Positions 11,884-26,717 are shown, counted from the first letter of the stretch. The stretch is 64,000 nucleotides of DNA from Amoeboaphelidium protococcarum X5 (GCA_023515725.1 JALDTO010000207.1:175343-239342); one strand, 5' to 3'. The notes: generated by a model from the sequence alone, not told the origin. Numbers and translations: made by a program.

Positions 11884-14800
11884 ATGTCAACATCTCAAAT
11901 GAATAGTCATTTATCTCAAGAGTCTCGGTAGGTCTTTTTCTGTAAGTTTATGTTCTATACATGAATCAACTTGCGTGTAGTGATGAACCTGTGACGCACT
12001 CCAAGTACGGTCGTAAGCGCAAACAAGTGAACCTCAATGAGCAGTCGGAAGATGCAGTTGATCCAGAATCGGTGAATTCCCCTGAAAACTCTGAATATCA
12101 TTCTTAAAGTAATACTATCTTCACTCTGTATGCTTTATTCTATCACCATTGCTCGTGATTGTGTAGATGAGAGTTTGCAAGGTGAGTCTTAAATGGAAGC
12201 TGATGGAGCTGGTTCTCTGCTGAAACGTGCCAAAGGGAAAGCTGGAGTTCTGTAAGCAGATAAATTCTAAAGTGATGGAAACTCTTCCACTAATGGTCAT
12301 TCATTGTTTCAAGTTATTTGCAATAGTAATGCGGCTTTATAGTCTGTTGTGCAAGATTAGCTGGACCAGTTCCAGACCAATCCTGATGGGGTCGTTGTTG
12401 ACTTAGTAAATCTAATCATTCAGTCTTCTGGGTGTCAATTGACTGTTTCCCTTGACTAAATTGACGCGGGCTTAGATTCAATACCAGGATTGCTGGAAGA
12501 GTTGTAACTTGTTGCCAGTCAGGAAAATATACCGGATGTGCCTCTGGAGAGTAACAAGAAGCAGTTCTCCAAGTTCAAGAAAAGACTGTTGGACTACTGG
12601 CAGAAGATGCTGAAATCTTTCGCTCATATCTTTCTAAGTGACTCTAACTTGAATGATACGTAGCAGTCTTCATCATTGAGTCAGTTGTCCAAGTCGTTTC
12701 AGAATGGCGGAGAAGTTTGGGCGTACTTGCGTGCGTTCATTATCACCTTGTCATCGTCTTCGTTCAGACCTTTCAGACACGTTGCAACTGTTGTATCGGT
12801 ATCCTGTGTCACTGGTATTCTAACAACGCTGTAAAGTTGTGATAAAGAGCTTGTGTCCTTGCAGAAGAGAATTGCTTCATAGTCTATATCAGCATCACAG
12901 GTAAGTGAAATGGAGAAGAAGTCTCTATTGTTGCAAGGTTAAAAGGAGAATTTACTGGAGCATTTCAAAGACTTCTTTGACGGCGTTTATGTGCACAGGT
13001 ATCGTGACGTGAATGATATCATACGCTTTGAAAGTATGTCTATGTACGCTAAATGGGTCAAAACTTGTCCTGAGGTATTTATGGATGCTCAATATCTCCG
13101 CTATTTGGGTTGGTCTCTATCTGATGTCTCCACTCAGCTACGCCAAGCCGCTGTTGATGATTTGGTAGAGCTGTTATAAAACAGCGACCTTGTTGATGGT
13201 TTGCGTAAATTTCTGGAGAGATTCAAATCCAGGATGATTGAAATGGCATTGTATGAGGAGGATGAGAAGGTCAGGAGCTCAATTGTAAGCAGATTGCTAC
13301 CAAAACTTGTACAATACAACATTGTTGACGAGGAAGATTATCCGTTGTTGTATCCATTGGTCACCTTTGGCAATGTGGAATCATTGAGTAAGCTCGAAGA
13401 TAACTTTCATGAAGCTTCATTGTCTAGTCGATTTACTGCTGGAGAGTTAATGTTGCAGATATTCGCCTGCTCGAATGTTGGATCACTTGAGGATATGCAG
13501 CCATAAGATGCATTAGCGAAGCTGTCATAGTTTGTGCTGGACATTGTTAATGATTCTGAGGCAATGCGGTTGGATCAGGAAAAGCAATTGTTGGAAGATA
13601 ATCCTTCGTTGATTGCCATTTTAAAGTCGGACATTGGTTTAAACTAAGATTTGGTCTTGAAGTAATCTAAGCAGAGATTGCTTGTGTATATTGACAATGT
13701 TCTGGAAGCATTGATAGTTAACATCCTCCTGAATAAAGACGGATCATCTGACGTTGCTGGCGTATTTTAGGATGTTCTTCGTGAATGGCCTGGTATTCTG
13801 AAATCTCTAGTTTCCAAGATGAGTGCTACTTCAGAGTTGAGTTCTGCACATGCTGTTTGCCTCAGATTATTAATAACGTTTTGGAGAATTCAATTGAATC
13901 CTTATTGTCTTCTTCGTCATATTTCTCAGTCATCCAATGCTAAAACTGCGCTGCTTAAATCTATTAAAGCTCTGGCTCCAATGTGCAATTTATAGCTTTT
14001 ATCCCTCATTTAGCATTCTCAAGATTATATCAACCCTCTAATCGATGTTGTTGATCAATGTTCAGAAAGCAGTTCACAAGACGGCGATGGTGATCTTTGG
14101 TAAAGTGTCAACTTGAATAGTATTTATTAATACTTGCAACTAGTACTTGTCAGTGTTGACAAGAGTTCAGAGCACTAACCGCAAAATAATGTCGACTTTG
14201 TGGACGCGCAAACCATATGGATGGAAATCCGAAAGAAAAAGTAGTATCTAGATCTTTGTCACAAGGTGATGCACAAATTCATTGTTGCCACATCCAGCCC
14301 TGATACCATTGGTCTCTTTTGCCAGCTCTTTGTTGCATCAGAAGCTGAGTCTAGTTGCTAATCTCTTCTTTCTCGACAGTCTGTGTTTGATTAGGAAGTT
14401 TTTTAGCTCGTTAAAGATGCCACTTCAGAATTGAAATTGAATTTGACCAAGACTCTGAGTGACCACGTGGATGAGCTTGGACTGAAATCTGCTGCTCTTA
14501 CTTGTGACCGTTTATCTGGCTTGTGTCCTTGGAATTTATAGCTTGATGGTGATGAATGTCTGGAATTATCTAGAATTTTCACCGCTTTAAAGTCCGTCAT
14601 TGAAGGCCTTGCGAACAATTAAGTCGTTGAATTCAACCAAGTGAATGCAAGCTTGAATTTTATCAATGGTTCGTGTGAGAGTCTTTTGGCAGTGAACAAT
14701 GGCGACGATGAAGGAGCAGATGTGGATGATAGATTGGATTCATCCGAGTCTTCTTCATCCGATGAAGCTTTGGTCATTCTATTGGCATCATTTACGCGCT

Positions 14801-16578
14801 TGTGTTTAACTGTATCTTTTCGCTTGTTGAAGAACTGTCCTGCTGACTCTCTTAATCAGGCTTAGCAGAATATACTGATCTTTACGAGTAGTCTTGCGTC
14901 CGACATGCTTTGTTGTCTGAAGTAGAGAACCGCTATGGTTGGGCAACAGGCTGACTCTCTGTCTAAGGTTTTGATGGAAAATTCTGTGTTCAAAAATGCG
15001 AATATGAATGACCTGCTTTAATAGTTGTTTGGTAGCTCTGTAAACTCAATTGGATTCTTTGAGGGACCGAACGAGATTGTCCAATCTGCGATAATGACCC
15101 AAATAGTGCCGATTGTGTTGGCCAATGATTCAATCTGGAAGTTTAATGTCTCATTTAATCAAAATGGATGTAGTGTGTTATCCCAAATAAGCGCACTGAT
15201 CCAAGCACTTTTAAAATATGACTACAATGGTCTTGCAGTTCCTTCATCTCTTGTGTCTAGCATATCTAAATAATTCTGTTGCATCTCTGTTGATTAGTTG
15301 GTGTCTCTAAAATCTGTTTCAGCTTAGTTGGATGGGTCGGTATTTGACAACTTGTCTGATCAGTACTCCATTCAAAATGATAATTTGGCTAATGCTCTAC
15401 TTGGCTCTGAGGTTGTGGCTAAAATTTAACGCCTGCAGTCACCATTGTCGGTGCAAGTTCTGTAGAGAATGCATATCAGCAGTGAGATCCGTCAAATTTA
15501 TAGTGCAGTTGTTCCAATCTTAATGTGTGATCTGACCGTGACTGTTAAAGCTTTGCTGTCTAGGCCTGGTGCTATACCGTCGTTTGTGATAAAAACCGTA
15601 GCTGATATGATCTCGCTACATGGTGTCGTGAATCAATTTGTTGATGGCGTGGTGAAGGTTGTTGCCGAAAGCTTTAAATCAGCCACTGTCTACTCGAATG
15701 GTTATATTCAACCTTAGGATTATGCATGCATGATTGATATGATAGTTTAGGCTATAAGTTCCTCCATCAAATGCTCGTTCGGTTCATAATATTGGGTGAA
15801 AGATAGCAGTGGAAGTGTACTGAAAGTGGCGAAAAGCGAAGAATTATGGTATTCATCATGCAAGCTCTTGATCCAAACTTTCCGTCATTCAGTGGCTGGA
15901 TTGAATAAAAAGACCAATAGCAAGCAGCTGGTAGACCGTGAAATGGACAGCACTCGTCAGTTGATATTCAAAATGCATGAAAAAGTAATGTATGAACTCA
16001 TTGATCAGTCTCTGGAGTCTTTGAAATATGATGATGAGATGTTGGAATCGGATGAAGTACTCAGTATCCTTGACACCTATCTAACGTCTGCTTTCAAGCA
16101 TTTGTATATCCTAGTTGGTTCTGCTGGTAGCTTTGGTGTAAATATGATGAAGGCTCAAGATGCTCAGACGCTTATTGAAATGCTAGACAGTCTTATGAAT
16201 GAAAAGCATTCCGATATCTGGGATAAACTGTAATCTGATACTGCCGCCAATTATTTGGTTGAACAGGCCAAGTATGAAAAGACTTTGTCTAATATTGCTG
16301 GTACCGCGAATACTAAAGCTGCAAAGAGAAAGAACCTGCGTTCTAAAGTCACCTCAGCTCTGACCTCTCATGCAGATAGTAATCAATAGCTGCCACAATC
16401 CATCTCTGCCACTCCGACTCGCAAGATTGACTTTAAATCCGAAATCAATAATCCATAGTCTTCTGCTCACTCTACTCCGTCGAAGCGCTCACTGAATGAT
16501 GTCAATGACGAGAATGCTGATATAATGAGCCAGCTGTCTTTTCAAAACTCGCCTGATATGAAGAAGACGCGTATGTGA
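11884..16578 (+). CDS. SCC3: Cohesin subunit Scc3/STAG, ~1527 aa; introns 11928-11980 and 12109-12166
   Basis: SSFRPFRHVAT, FFDGVYVHRYRDV..IR, WVKTCPEVFMDAQYLRYLGWSLSD, FLERFKSRMIEMA; two GT-AG introns restore the frame. Confidence 0.88.
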
Positions 16579-16742
16579 AGACTTTAACTGTGCTGAATTA
16601 GGGCAATAAACTGTAAATTATATTGTGTAACAGTCACTATTGAATTGATAAAAAAATATTACTTAAACTTTACTTTTACTAATCATCTTTTCACACCGTC
16701 ACCAAACAAAAAAAGGAAATACCTTATTTAATAAGTACCGCC

Positions 16743-17288
16743 TCATTTAGCCTCAAAAATGATCTTCTGCAGAGCTTGCTCTATTTAAGCACTGAAATCT
16801 TCCGCTTTCTTTAGAGCATCCATCGCTTATTATATCAAATACCCATCAGGATATTCTTGATGGACAATAACGCGTCGACCTTATGGATCGCAATCGAGAA
16901 GTTGACACATCAAACTCCAATCTTGCTGGCAGATTCCAGTCAATTCAAGCAATTTTTCAGCATCTGCATTTCTAACTGCTGTCATCAAAGTGGAATCAAA
17001 TCTATAATTGTCGCCATTCGGTCTCATTTTCTCCCAGAAGTAATGCTCAATGGTCGTCATAAGAACATTTTTATGGATATTGTAGAATTCTTCAAGGATA
17101 TCCAATCTTGAACTCAGCTGATCAATTTATTATTATAGCTGTTCACGTTACTACTATTGTTATTCACTTGCCTTTTATAACTCCAAAAATTGTTATTATG
17201 ACTCTTTAAATTACTGCGCAATTTTTTCCATTAGACGCGAATGCTCTTTCAAAATATCTTTCCCACCATTCTGACGCATAATCCGCAT
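16743..17288 (-). CDS. Hypothetical coiled-coil/Gln-rich protein (start uncertain)
   Basis: Open frame with TAR=Gln: ...ELQKASEQQQQQREQLQQQIDQLSSRLDILEEF...KIIFEAK*. Confidence 0.5.
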
Positions 17289-17573
17289 GCAATGTACCTT
17301 TGCAAGAGAAAGGCTTTACTGCACTGTAAATTGTGATTGAGTTTGAGCGACAAGATTGGAGAAGTTCAACTGACTCCATTCGCGCCAATCATGTGATCAA
17401 TCGATGGTAAAGTTGCCACAGACGTAGAGCAAATCTAATAATGCTCAAACTACCGAATCAGTATTTAGTGCAAATTCTTAAAATCATCTAAACTTTATTT
17501 TTATTAATCTCCATTTCATCATTCAATCATCACAAACAACTTACAACAAACTAATTTCAATCAATCAATCAGA

Positions 17574-19868
17574 TCAAAATCGCGCTGGTGGAGGTGGAGG
17601 TGGTGGAGGAGCACCAGAGCCCATGCTCATGGAAGGCATCGCTGGTGCAGGAGGGGCCATTGGTAGAGCAGAACTGCTAGTAGTCATTGGATTACCAAAC
17701 ATTCCTGGTCTCATAGTCTGCGCGCGCTGATCACCTCCCATTGGCATTTATTACTACTACTATGGAATGCCCAATGGCTACTATTGCTGTTACAAGTAAG
17801 GATTAGCCAAAGGATTTCTATGCGTCATGGATCTCTGCAGCTGTTAACCTCCCATACCACCTTGATTGAAGGTACCCATCGCGACATCGCCACCACCCAT
17901 TCCACCACCTACTGGGGCGTTACCCATAGCACCGTTACCGCCAACCATTCTATTCATAGTCATAGTTCTTGGAGCTGATGCCACATTTGGATTTTGGAAT
18001 CCAAACTGGTTCTACTGCTGCTGAACATACTGAGCCTCATCAATCAGAGTTCCATCATTACCACCGTTGCCCATGCCCATCATTGGAGGTGGCACTGGAG
18101 CAGTGTTAGGACGCGGAATAGTGCCGTACTGATTAGCTGCACGCATTTGAGACAATGGCTGAGTCAGCGGATTCAGGTCCATCATCTACTGATCTGGAGA
18201 GTACACGGCATCAGGACTGTTGTACATTCCAGGTTGACCACCAGCACCACCTAGATACTGACCGACAGGTTGAGTCAAAGACTGCTACATTCCATACTGG
18301 CTGTTAGAGCGACCCAGATTAGCACCCATTTAACTCTAGCTGGTACCGTATGGATTAGCATTCTACGCACCTCCAAATGGACCACCAGCCTGCAGATTGT
18401 TCAAATTCTGAGTGGAGTACGTGCTTCCAGGAGCAGTGCCTCCCATTATAGGCTGGCTCATAGAGTTGAATTGGCCATTCATGGACTACTGGGTGGAATA
18501 TGCCGGACCACCAGGCTACTAGCCTTGCATCATCTGCTGCTACTGCATTACCGGATCGTACATGCCGCCATTCATTGGAGCAGTGTTTGCAACCATACCA
18601 TTCATTCCGTTATTCTGGCCATTCATCTTATCAGCATCATAGTCGATGGCATCAAACTTGTGTCTAGTGATGTAGCAATAGATACCAGTTGGGACACCAA
18701 TGATCAGTAGCAAGACGGCCAAACAGATGGCGGCCAACTCAACGATGCTAGCAGGATTTGTGGTGTCAAAGGATAGAGATCCCAGGTAGATTGTACCATT
18801 CACAATACCAAATCCAGGTCTCTCAGGAGGCGGTGCAGTTTCGCTTGGAGTAGCAGTGGCAGTGACCGTCAACGAAGCTGACGATAGGCTGACGGTGGCT
18901 ACATTTGCAGATGACGCGGTGTTATCGTTAGAGATAAATATGGTACTAACAGCAGGTGCGACATACGCCTGACAGTATACAATGACAGTTTACACGGCCA
19001 CAACAGTAGTAGTGGTCGTGGTGGTAGTGCTTGTTGTTGTTGGCATAGCAGAGGTGGTGGTAGATACAAGCAGTGAAGTGGTCAAATTACCGCCAATAGT
19101 TGTCGATGTGGTGACATTACCAGAAGACGTTGCAATCATAGTGGTACTATTAGCCATTGGACTTACAGTCGTCAGGGATACAGTGGTCGAGTTACTACTG
19201 CTAGTTGTAGTCCTAGAAGTAGTCGAATTCATTGATGATGATGCAGTGGTGGTGGTAGTAGTAGTAGTAGTCGTCGTCGTGGTAGTGGTAGTAATGGTGG
19301 TAGAGGTCGTCGTGGTGATGCTAGTACTGGTAGTGTTCAACATAGCTGTAGAGGAAACTGATGACAACCAAGTACTCATGCTAGTAACTGGAGCACTGCC
19401 ATTCAATTTCAGAGACTGATTGTAAGCAGTCAAGACATAGACGATACCATTCAACGTCACATTGCCATTGAGCTGACCATTGATCAGAAAGTTGCTACTA
19501 TCATTATAGTAGCCAACGAAACACTTCAGATTAGGAGTAACTGACGGCGTAATCGTAGCAGTCATGGTAGCAGTAGCATTAAAAGCGGCTGTCGCAGTGA
19601 TGTTTCCACTTGCAGTAGTATTAGACGCAACTCCAGTAGTGATAGCGGTAACGGTGGCAGTGACATTTCCATTTGTCAATGACACAGATGTACTATTGGC
19701 AGGGGTAACACTTAAACTCAGCGTTGAGGTAAAGTTAGCCGATGCAGTCATAGTCGTTGTACTAGTCGTCAGCGGGGTTGTAGTTGAATTCTATGCTTCA
19801 TATACAGGGAGGGCCAGCAGCATCAAGGCCAACGCGGCGACTTGTTTGACTTTCACAGCGCTCAACAT
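17574..19868 (-). CDS. Mucin-like type I membrane protein: signal peptide, Thr/Ser-rich ectodomain, TM helix, Gln/Gly/Pro-rich tail, 764 aa
   Basis: MLSAVKVKQVAALALMLLALPVYEA; many NxS/T sequons; TM LAAICLAVLLLIIGVPTGIYCYI; ends PPPPPPPPARF*. Confidence 0.85.
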
Positions 19869-20208
19869 TCCAAAGATATCTCTTAAATAGCGGGATAGCA
19901 GATGATGATGGTTATAATTATTATATTACACAATTGGCTTTATCAATCGCACTCAAGATATTAATGAAAGTAATCTTAGTTGAAAGAAGTGTGTTTTAAA
20001 TTGCAATGATATATAAGTTGTTAAGGCTTAAATATAGCCTGGCAAAATCATAGCAACCGTTAATTGCCATAATCTATTTTTAGCACTAACTTTACCACGC
20101 ATTTATAAAATGATCTTCATAATTAATGAGAAGATCAGGATAGCAAAGTGAAATACACACTTTATACTGTGCACTGGTAGAAATTATATTAATTTCATAG
20201 AGCAAAAT

Positions 20209-22869
20209 TCACTAAAAGCCAGCCAGTTTGCGTTACAGAATCTCAGTCATTGTCTCGGGCGAAACGTTGCGTTCTCTATTGCGCTCAGCGGCGCGACGAG
20301 ATGAGGCTTCAGTGCAGTTCTTTAACAACGACTCGGTAGATTTCAGTAATTTTCCATAGAATTCCTTCCCCTTGGTAATATTAAACATAATCTGGTCAAA
20401 AGTCTTGCAGGACTGTACCAAATGAGAGCAAAACTTGCGCGTCTCTTCGGTAGACTTTGATTGCGATTTAAACTACTCCAAGTTCTTGATCTACGGAATT
20501 AGACCACCAGTAGTAGTAGTATTACCGCTTTCAGCCAACACATCAAAAATCTACTACTAAAATTTAATACTACCATCCAGCTTCTGACCAAATTCGGCCT
20601 GTAATTTCCGCATTTCAAACTGCATCACGTCCTCCTCTCGCTTTCTATTAATCAGAAGCATGTTGGATACGTCACTGGAAGGAGAGCCAGATGTAAGATT
20701 CTTTTACAGCTATGCAATCAACTCCTCCCTTTCCTTCTGTAATTGATCCAATTAATACACATACTTTTATAACCTCTGCAGCAACTCATCCAAACGAGAA
20801 CTCTCAGCCTTGGGAGAAACGGTTAGCTCACTCGGAGTATCCAAAAGACTTAATCCCTCCAAATCAGGAAATCTTGATTGATGCTATTACTGCTGCTGGT
20901 TCATGCTCTATTAAAACGCATTTAGAATGTCTTGCTCGCCAGCCAACACCAACTTCATATCTTGCTCCACTTACTAATACTGCTGCTGCAACTTTTCATC
21001 TGCCTAATATCCTTAAGACAGATCATACTGCAATTTACTAAGCTAATCCTAGTAGGACTTCCAAAAGTCAGCAGCTGCTCCATTGTTACTTTATCTGACA
21101 CCAAAATTTTATCGAAAGGATTGATCTTCAGCCAAGTCTTGATTAATGCACTGCTAACACTACTAAATAATAGTGGCAACCTATGATCTAACATCAAATA
21201 AGCCAGATAGTACAGAGTTATTAGCAAACGCTTGTCGCAGAGTAGGATCTGACGACCTCTTCTTCAGCTCGTCGAGAAGTTCTTCAGACAACTATGCTCC
21301 ATTCTGAGATGTACTCTTCCCACCCTTGCTAGAACTCAGCATAGATAGAATATCAGGAACCTCGAGACTGGCAAGAGTGATGGCAATTTGATCATTCGCG
21401 TCAAGAGCCTTCTGCTTAAACTAACGAACAAACTCATCCTTCTTAGCACTTAGTACAGATTCCTATTCCAAAGTATTGAGTGGAATCAGCTACTTGAACA
21501 GATCCACCTGATTATTCACAATATCAGCCAGCTCTGGAATTGTCTCTATCACTCTGGTACACTTTGACGCTGCCAGGGACGCGAGTGGAGGCAGAGTAGA
21601 TATCGCCGGTACTACATCATGATACACGACATCATTATCCTTGTTCAGTCTCTTGAAGCGCTTGTCGATAAACGATTAAAAGCGCTTCAACTGATCAACA
21701 ATGGAAAATTTACTCTAATCCCCAGATCCACTCTGAGATGTAATAGAAGAAGATGAAGTACCCATGATTGCATTAATAGATTACAGAGGCAGGATATTCA
21801 GGGACTTTTTGGAGAATGCAGAGTCAATCTTGGCGGCAACTTTCATCAGTTCTGTGGTGATCTACACGGCCTACTGCATTCTTGCAACACCTTGCCCAAT
21901 TTGAGACTCTTACTCACATTTAAAAGATGAATGCAGCTGAGCCAGAGCCTAGAAATACAACTACTTCAACTAAACAATCAGTGACCAATCCTTTGGCAAG
22001 TACTACTCCATCTTGATATCACCCTCAACTAATGACGACGAGAAGTCATTCAACAGAGATGTATACTGATCTCCAGTACCTGCGGCCAATTTACCCAATA
22101 TAGCCTTCTTGCCAATCAGTTCGATATCCTGACTACTCACCGTCTAATCTTCATTAAATGCAACGCCCTTCAATAGATCAAGCCAAGCCTTCATAGTAAA
22201 CACCTCCTGAGCCTGTGCCAGATGTAATTTAGACAACCAATCCACCACACTCTTGTTCAAGTCGAAGGAGGGGGCATGCAAAAAGTTGTCCCTGATAAAG
22301 GCAAAACATCCAGCAGCAGCTTGATAAAAATTAAAAGACTTTTTGAGACCATCTTAATCCACATTGGCACAGAACTCTTTCAGATGCACATTGGCAAGTA
22401 GACTGAGCTTCTGAGCAATGATGAACAACACTGACGCTTTTTCAAATGCAACAGAGCTCTGAGTAACAACACCTCGATCATCTCCAAATGGATTAATCTA
22501 ACCATTGCTGTCATATAAATCCTACCAAGCAAATTTCAAATGGTCTCCAATATAGTATGCAGTAAAATGCAATTCAAACAAGTCTAGTTGGGTAAAATAC
22601 TTCCACACCTGCTTGATCTTATCCAGAAGCTTGTCCGACTGAAGATCTTGAAGCACCTTGTCTTTGTTCTGAGATGATTAAAGATCTTGTGCTATATTCT
22701 GTCTCATACTATCCATCTACTTGATAGCTTCCTTAATCAAAGGACCTTGCTCAATATGGTCATAATGTTAGTTCATAATCTTGGGCACACCATGCGAGTA
22801 AACTTCATCATCCACCCTTCTCTTCTCCTTAAGAGTAATCATAATATTAATAACCTGCACACTATCCAT
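20209..22869 (-). CDS. BRO1-domain protein (ALIX/Rim20/Bro1 family), 886 aa
   Basis: YFTQLDL, LKFAWQD, AFEKASVLF, FYQAAAGCFAFI, HLAQAQEVF, NKDNDVVYHDVVP, V-domain, ITKGKEFY. Confidence 0.88.
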
Positions 22870-23126
22870 ACCGTTATTCTAATTATAATACTATCAAAAA
22901 TGAAAAAAAAAGTTGAATATATTTAGTTAGAATTCAGACACCAACAGATTGGAAAGTACTTATGAACTGTTTGAGAAGGAAACAAAAAGGGGAATGGCAA
23001 AGAGAAATGAATTTGAGGGAACAACGAATGAGAAACATTCTGCTTAAGATGGCATATGAAATCTGATTATTAGGCATGAGATAATTCAAATTCTTGGTAA
23101 TATTAATATTCTAAAATTTCAGTAAT

Positions 23127-23867
23127 TCAATCAAGTGCAAAGTTGGTGTAGCATTTAAATTCATTGCTGAGAGGAGAATCGTGAGTGGGATGAAATGTGT
23201 CGGACGGAGACACATTCAATAGATCTTTAACGATGGGTTCCATGACAGCACCACTACACACTATTGTGTCAACTGCATCATCTCCATTAACAGCTTTCAC
23301 GGACAGAAACTAGACAAAGCGGGCCACCTTCTCAAAGCATTCACGCGACAAGAATGGAGGATCAATCATGAATGCAGAAAACTGATTTCGGTATGCAGCA
23401 TACTTGCCCATTCCCTGATCACTACTATCATCATCATTGTCAATATCGTTGAAATCGTACTAAACAAAATTTGACAACACGTCAAATCTCGCGTCAAATT
23501 CAAAGCAGTAGACAGCATTAACGAAATCGCGTGGGTAATCTCCACAATTCTCATGTAGATATGCATGCACAGATGGGGCACTGATTATTGCAATCTTGGG
23601 TTCTGGCTATGAATTACTACTATTATTCTCTTAGTCTTAGAATTTCAAGAGTTGCCATCGTTTATAAAGCGTGTCTGTGAGGTATTTCTTTGTGCGCGTA
23701 TCATACCAGAACTGAGATAACTGCCAATCTTCTTTAATCAGTTGCATACTGAATCTAGATTCTGCATTCTATTTCAGCTAATCAAACTGCCTTTTCAAGT
23801 CATCTTATTCAGCTAGAAATTCGCTCAAAGCGGCTAGTGTTGCCGGATTCAAATCATCCAAATTCAT
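23127..23867 (-). CDS. EFM5: eEF1A lysine methyltransferase 1 (Efm5/N6AMT2)
   Basis: ALSEFLAE, EDWQLSQFWYD, LLEFDARF, DPPFLSREC, LSNEFKCYTNF. Confidence 0.9.
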
Positions 23868-23974
23868 CTTGATTTTATCAAGGATGCTTATTTAAATCGT
23901 TTGTTATTGCAAAATTTGAAAATTAGAAAATCCGTGATCGCTTCTGGTAACAAAACGTTCATAAATTTTTAGAG

Positions 23975-24988
23975 ATGGATTTGAAAGAGGAAATTGCTAG
24001 GCTTAAAGCTGATAAGGCGCGTGGAATTAATTAGAGTAGCGGTAGTAAGAGAAAAGCTAAAGTTGATATTTTAGACAAGTATAAAGTGAAAAAGTCGGTT
24101 CGCTCTGGTGATCTTTAGTCAAGATAATAAGGTACCTAAGGTGGATCTTTAAAACTCAAGACATAGTCTGAATCGATATTGGCTAAAAAGGCACAACTTT
24201 ATGAATTGCTATCAAAAGATGCTTCAGGAGGGTAACTATCCGTAGCTGAGCAGTAATTTGTATAGAGCGAAGATGTCATGGTTGATTTTGAGTAAAAGAG
24301 TAGAGATTAAGCTCGCGATGATGGCTCGGCGTTCAAGTAAAAGAAGGTCCAAGTAATTGACGAATTTGGTCGCGTTCGTATGATAGAGGAAGACTTGATA
24401 CATTAAAAAGTTGGGTTGCATGTAAATATAGATGCTGATTATAAAGATTATGATGATAAGTATCAGTAGGGATTCCACATGTTTCCACCGACTGCTGTCA
24501 ATGCTGCAGATGATGTTGGAAGAGCTGTTTTGCATTCTAACAATAAGAGAAAGAGACGAGTTGATCATTTAAATTAGAGTGGAGACTAAGAGCAATAATA
24601 ATAAGAAGTTGATGTGTATGATTACGTGCCGGTTGATTTGAAAGATAAGATTAAGAGCATATTGTCACAAAGGTAATCTGAGGCTCAAAATGAATGGCAG
24701 GAATCTCTCAAAGTCGATTCAACCACACAGAATGATAGTATAGTAGTGAATTAGCACCAAGGACCAGGACACTATAGATTTACTAAAGAGAATAAGGTAT
24801 AGCAGCTATTAGATTTGGCAAAGGCGCGGCGAGAGACTGAGTCCAAACGTGCTATTTCGCAGACTAGAAATTAAACGATTAATACTGCCAATTAAAGTAA
24901 TGATGGTACAGATTCAAATGCGCATACAGTCAGCTCAAATATTGATTAGATTGATAGCGAAGTTGAAGAATTTCTTGAAAAGTTATGA
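23975..24988 (+). CDS. CCDC174-like nuclear protein
   Basis: LAKKAQLYE, MVDFEQK, IDEFGRVR, GPGHYRF...RRETE motifs typical of CCDC174. Confidence 0.72.
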
Positions 24989-25034
24989 TTTTAGTTAAAA
25001 ATTGTAAATATATTTAAACAGTTAAATTAATAAT

Positions 25035-26717
25035 TCAGCAATTTCTCAAAGTTGGATCAAGGTATTATAGCCCTATCGTTTGAAATATGTCCTCTTCAGT
25101 TCGCGTTGGAATGTACTTACCGGTAGATAGATCATACAGACCATGACTGTTCAAGTGAAAGCCAACATCTTTCGCGTACCTCCGTATGCTCCTTTCAAAT
25201 TAGCGCGAACCAGTCCATCCAAGAAGTGCAGTCGCCCAGCTCTATGGTTCTGTTACGATTAGATCAACTTATCTGGCAATAGGTAGGCCGGCATCATTAA
25301 GTTTCCCAGGGTTCCGAAAGAGCAGAAATGCTTTATCCAACCTGTCCATAATGTTATTATGTGAAATCATTCTCTCAGGATTGGCCATATTACCTGAGGC
25401 GAGGTGGAATATGTGATCAAACAATTTTTACTGTCGCATCTTGTCAATGATCCTATGCAACAATGTGGACGTCTGACCTCCTCCGTTCTCAGATGGACAT
25501 ATCAAAATATCTAAATCATTACTAAGCTCCTTGCCGCGTTTATAACCGCCAGTAACTTCCACTTTACATCCAGGCTCAACTTCTTCAATCAATTATTTTA
25601 CTATACCGGCAATCGATGCTCCTTCTACTCGATCAATCGGAGTAAGTAAATCTTTAGCGTTCTCAATCCATACACGTTAGTTCTAAGACAATTTAGGATA
25701 ATCTAGTAGTTCATGAATATCTCTGTATCCCAGCTGGTACCATTAGTTGGCCACTTTGCTTCCGGCACCGTAAACTTTCATTAGCCTCATCAGAGCTTTA
25801 TACTTTTGGTCGCGTCTGAGCTTCTCTGCCTCCACAATGTAACCATGCTTAAGAAATTCGCCAATCATCTTTGGAGCCAACATTAACAATCTATTCCGCC
25901 TCTTTCACACTTTCTATCCGTCTGGTGTATGCTCTGATGGACGCGATAGTCTTTGAGTATGACAAGGCACTAGTCTCATTGCCATCACACTATCTGCAAT
26001 CCCTGATCACCATGAACTCAGCCACCAGATCGTCATTTGGACCGTGCAATGGAGTGGGATGTTGGCATTCATACGCAGAATTTCTAAATGCTGGATCTAA
26101 AAGATCTGATTAATGATTATGAGTCTATATTCTTTTTGATGGAGACAATGATACATCGTCATTATCAGATGATGAATTAGAGGATTTGGATCGAGATCTG
26201 GGACGTTTTCCAGTCAATTATCTACTAACGGAAGATGGTGAACCTAAGGTACTACCATCCGGGCTTGTCTTGTTATTTGAACGTAATAGAGTGGGAGAAA
26301 GCTATACTTTACCAGGAGACTGCGTCAGAGTAATCTGTGGGATGGCCGCAGTAGGAGAAACTTTAGCTTTCAAATCGCGAATAAACTTGTCCAAATCAAT
26401 TAAATACGGCTGCATATCAACCACCTTCTTCTACTCCGCACATATGTGTATCCATTAAGTTTTCACGATGGGCACAGAGATTGAATCCAGCGGCACACAG
26501 CGTTCAATTCTATAAGGAGATTACACTGCAGATAAACTCAATGTTGCATCAGAAATCGCGTCAACCACAGCGCCACCTACAGAACGAAAGGTTGAGCATA
26601 TTTAATTAATCTCTATATAATCGTACCATTGCTTTATATTTCCTTCTTTAATTTATCGAGTTCTAGAGTAGAAATCTTGTCTTTTATAATGTAAAATTTG
26701 TAATTCTCAAACATCAT
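25035..26717 (-). CDS. X-family DNA polymerase (Pol4/Pol mu-like) with N-terminal BRCT
   Basis: YECQHPTPL, VYGAGSKVANQW, VTGGYKRGKELSNDLDILI, ATALLGWTGSRQFERSIR, YLDPTLRNC*. Confidence 0.88.

Noticed and set aside
17784-19890. Plus-strand Val-rich and other ORFs in the supplied track
   Set aside because: Antisense shadows of the Thr-rich membrane protein gene.
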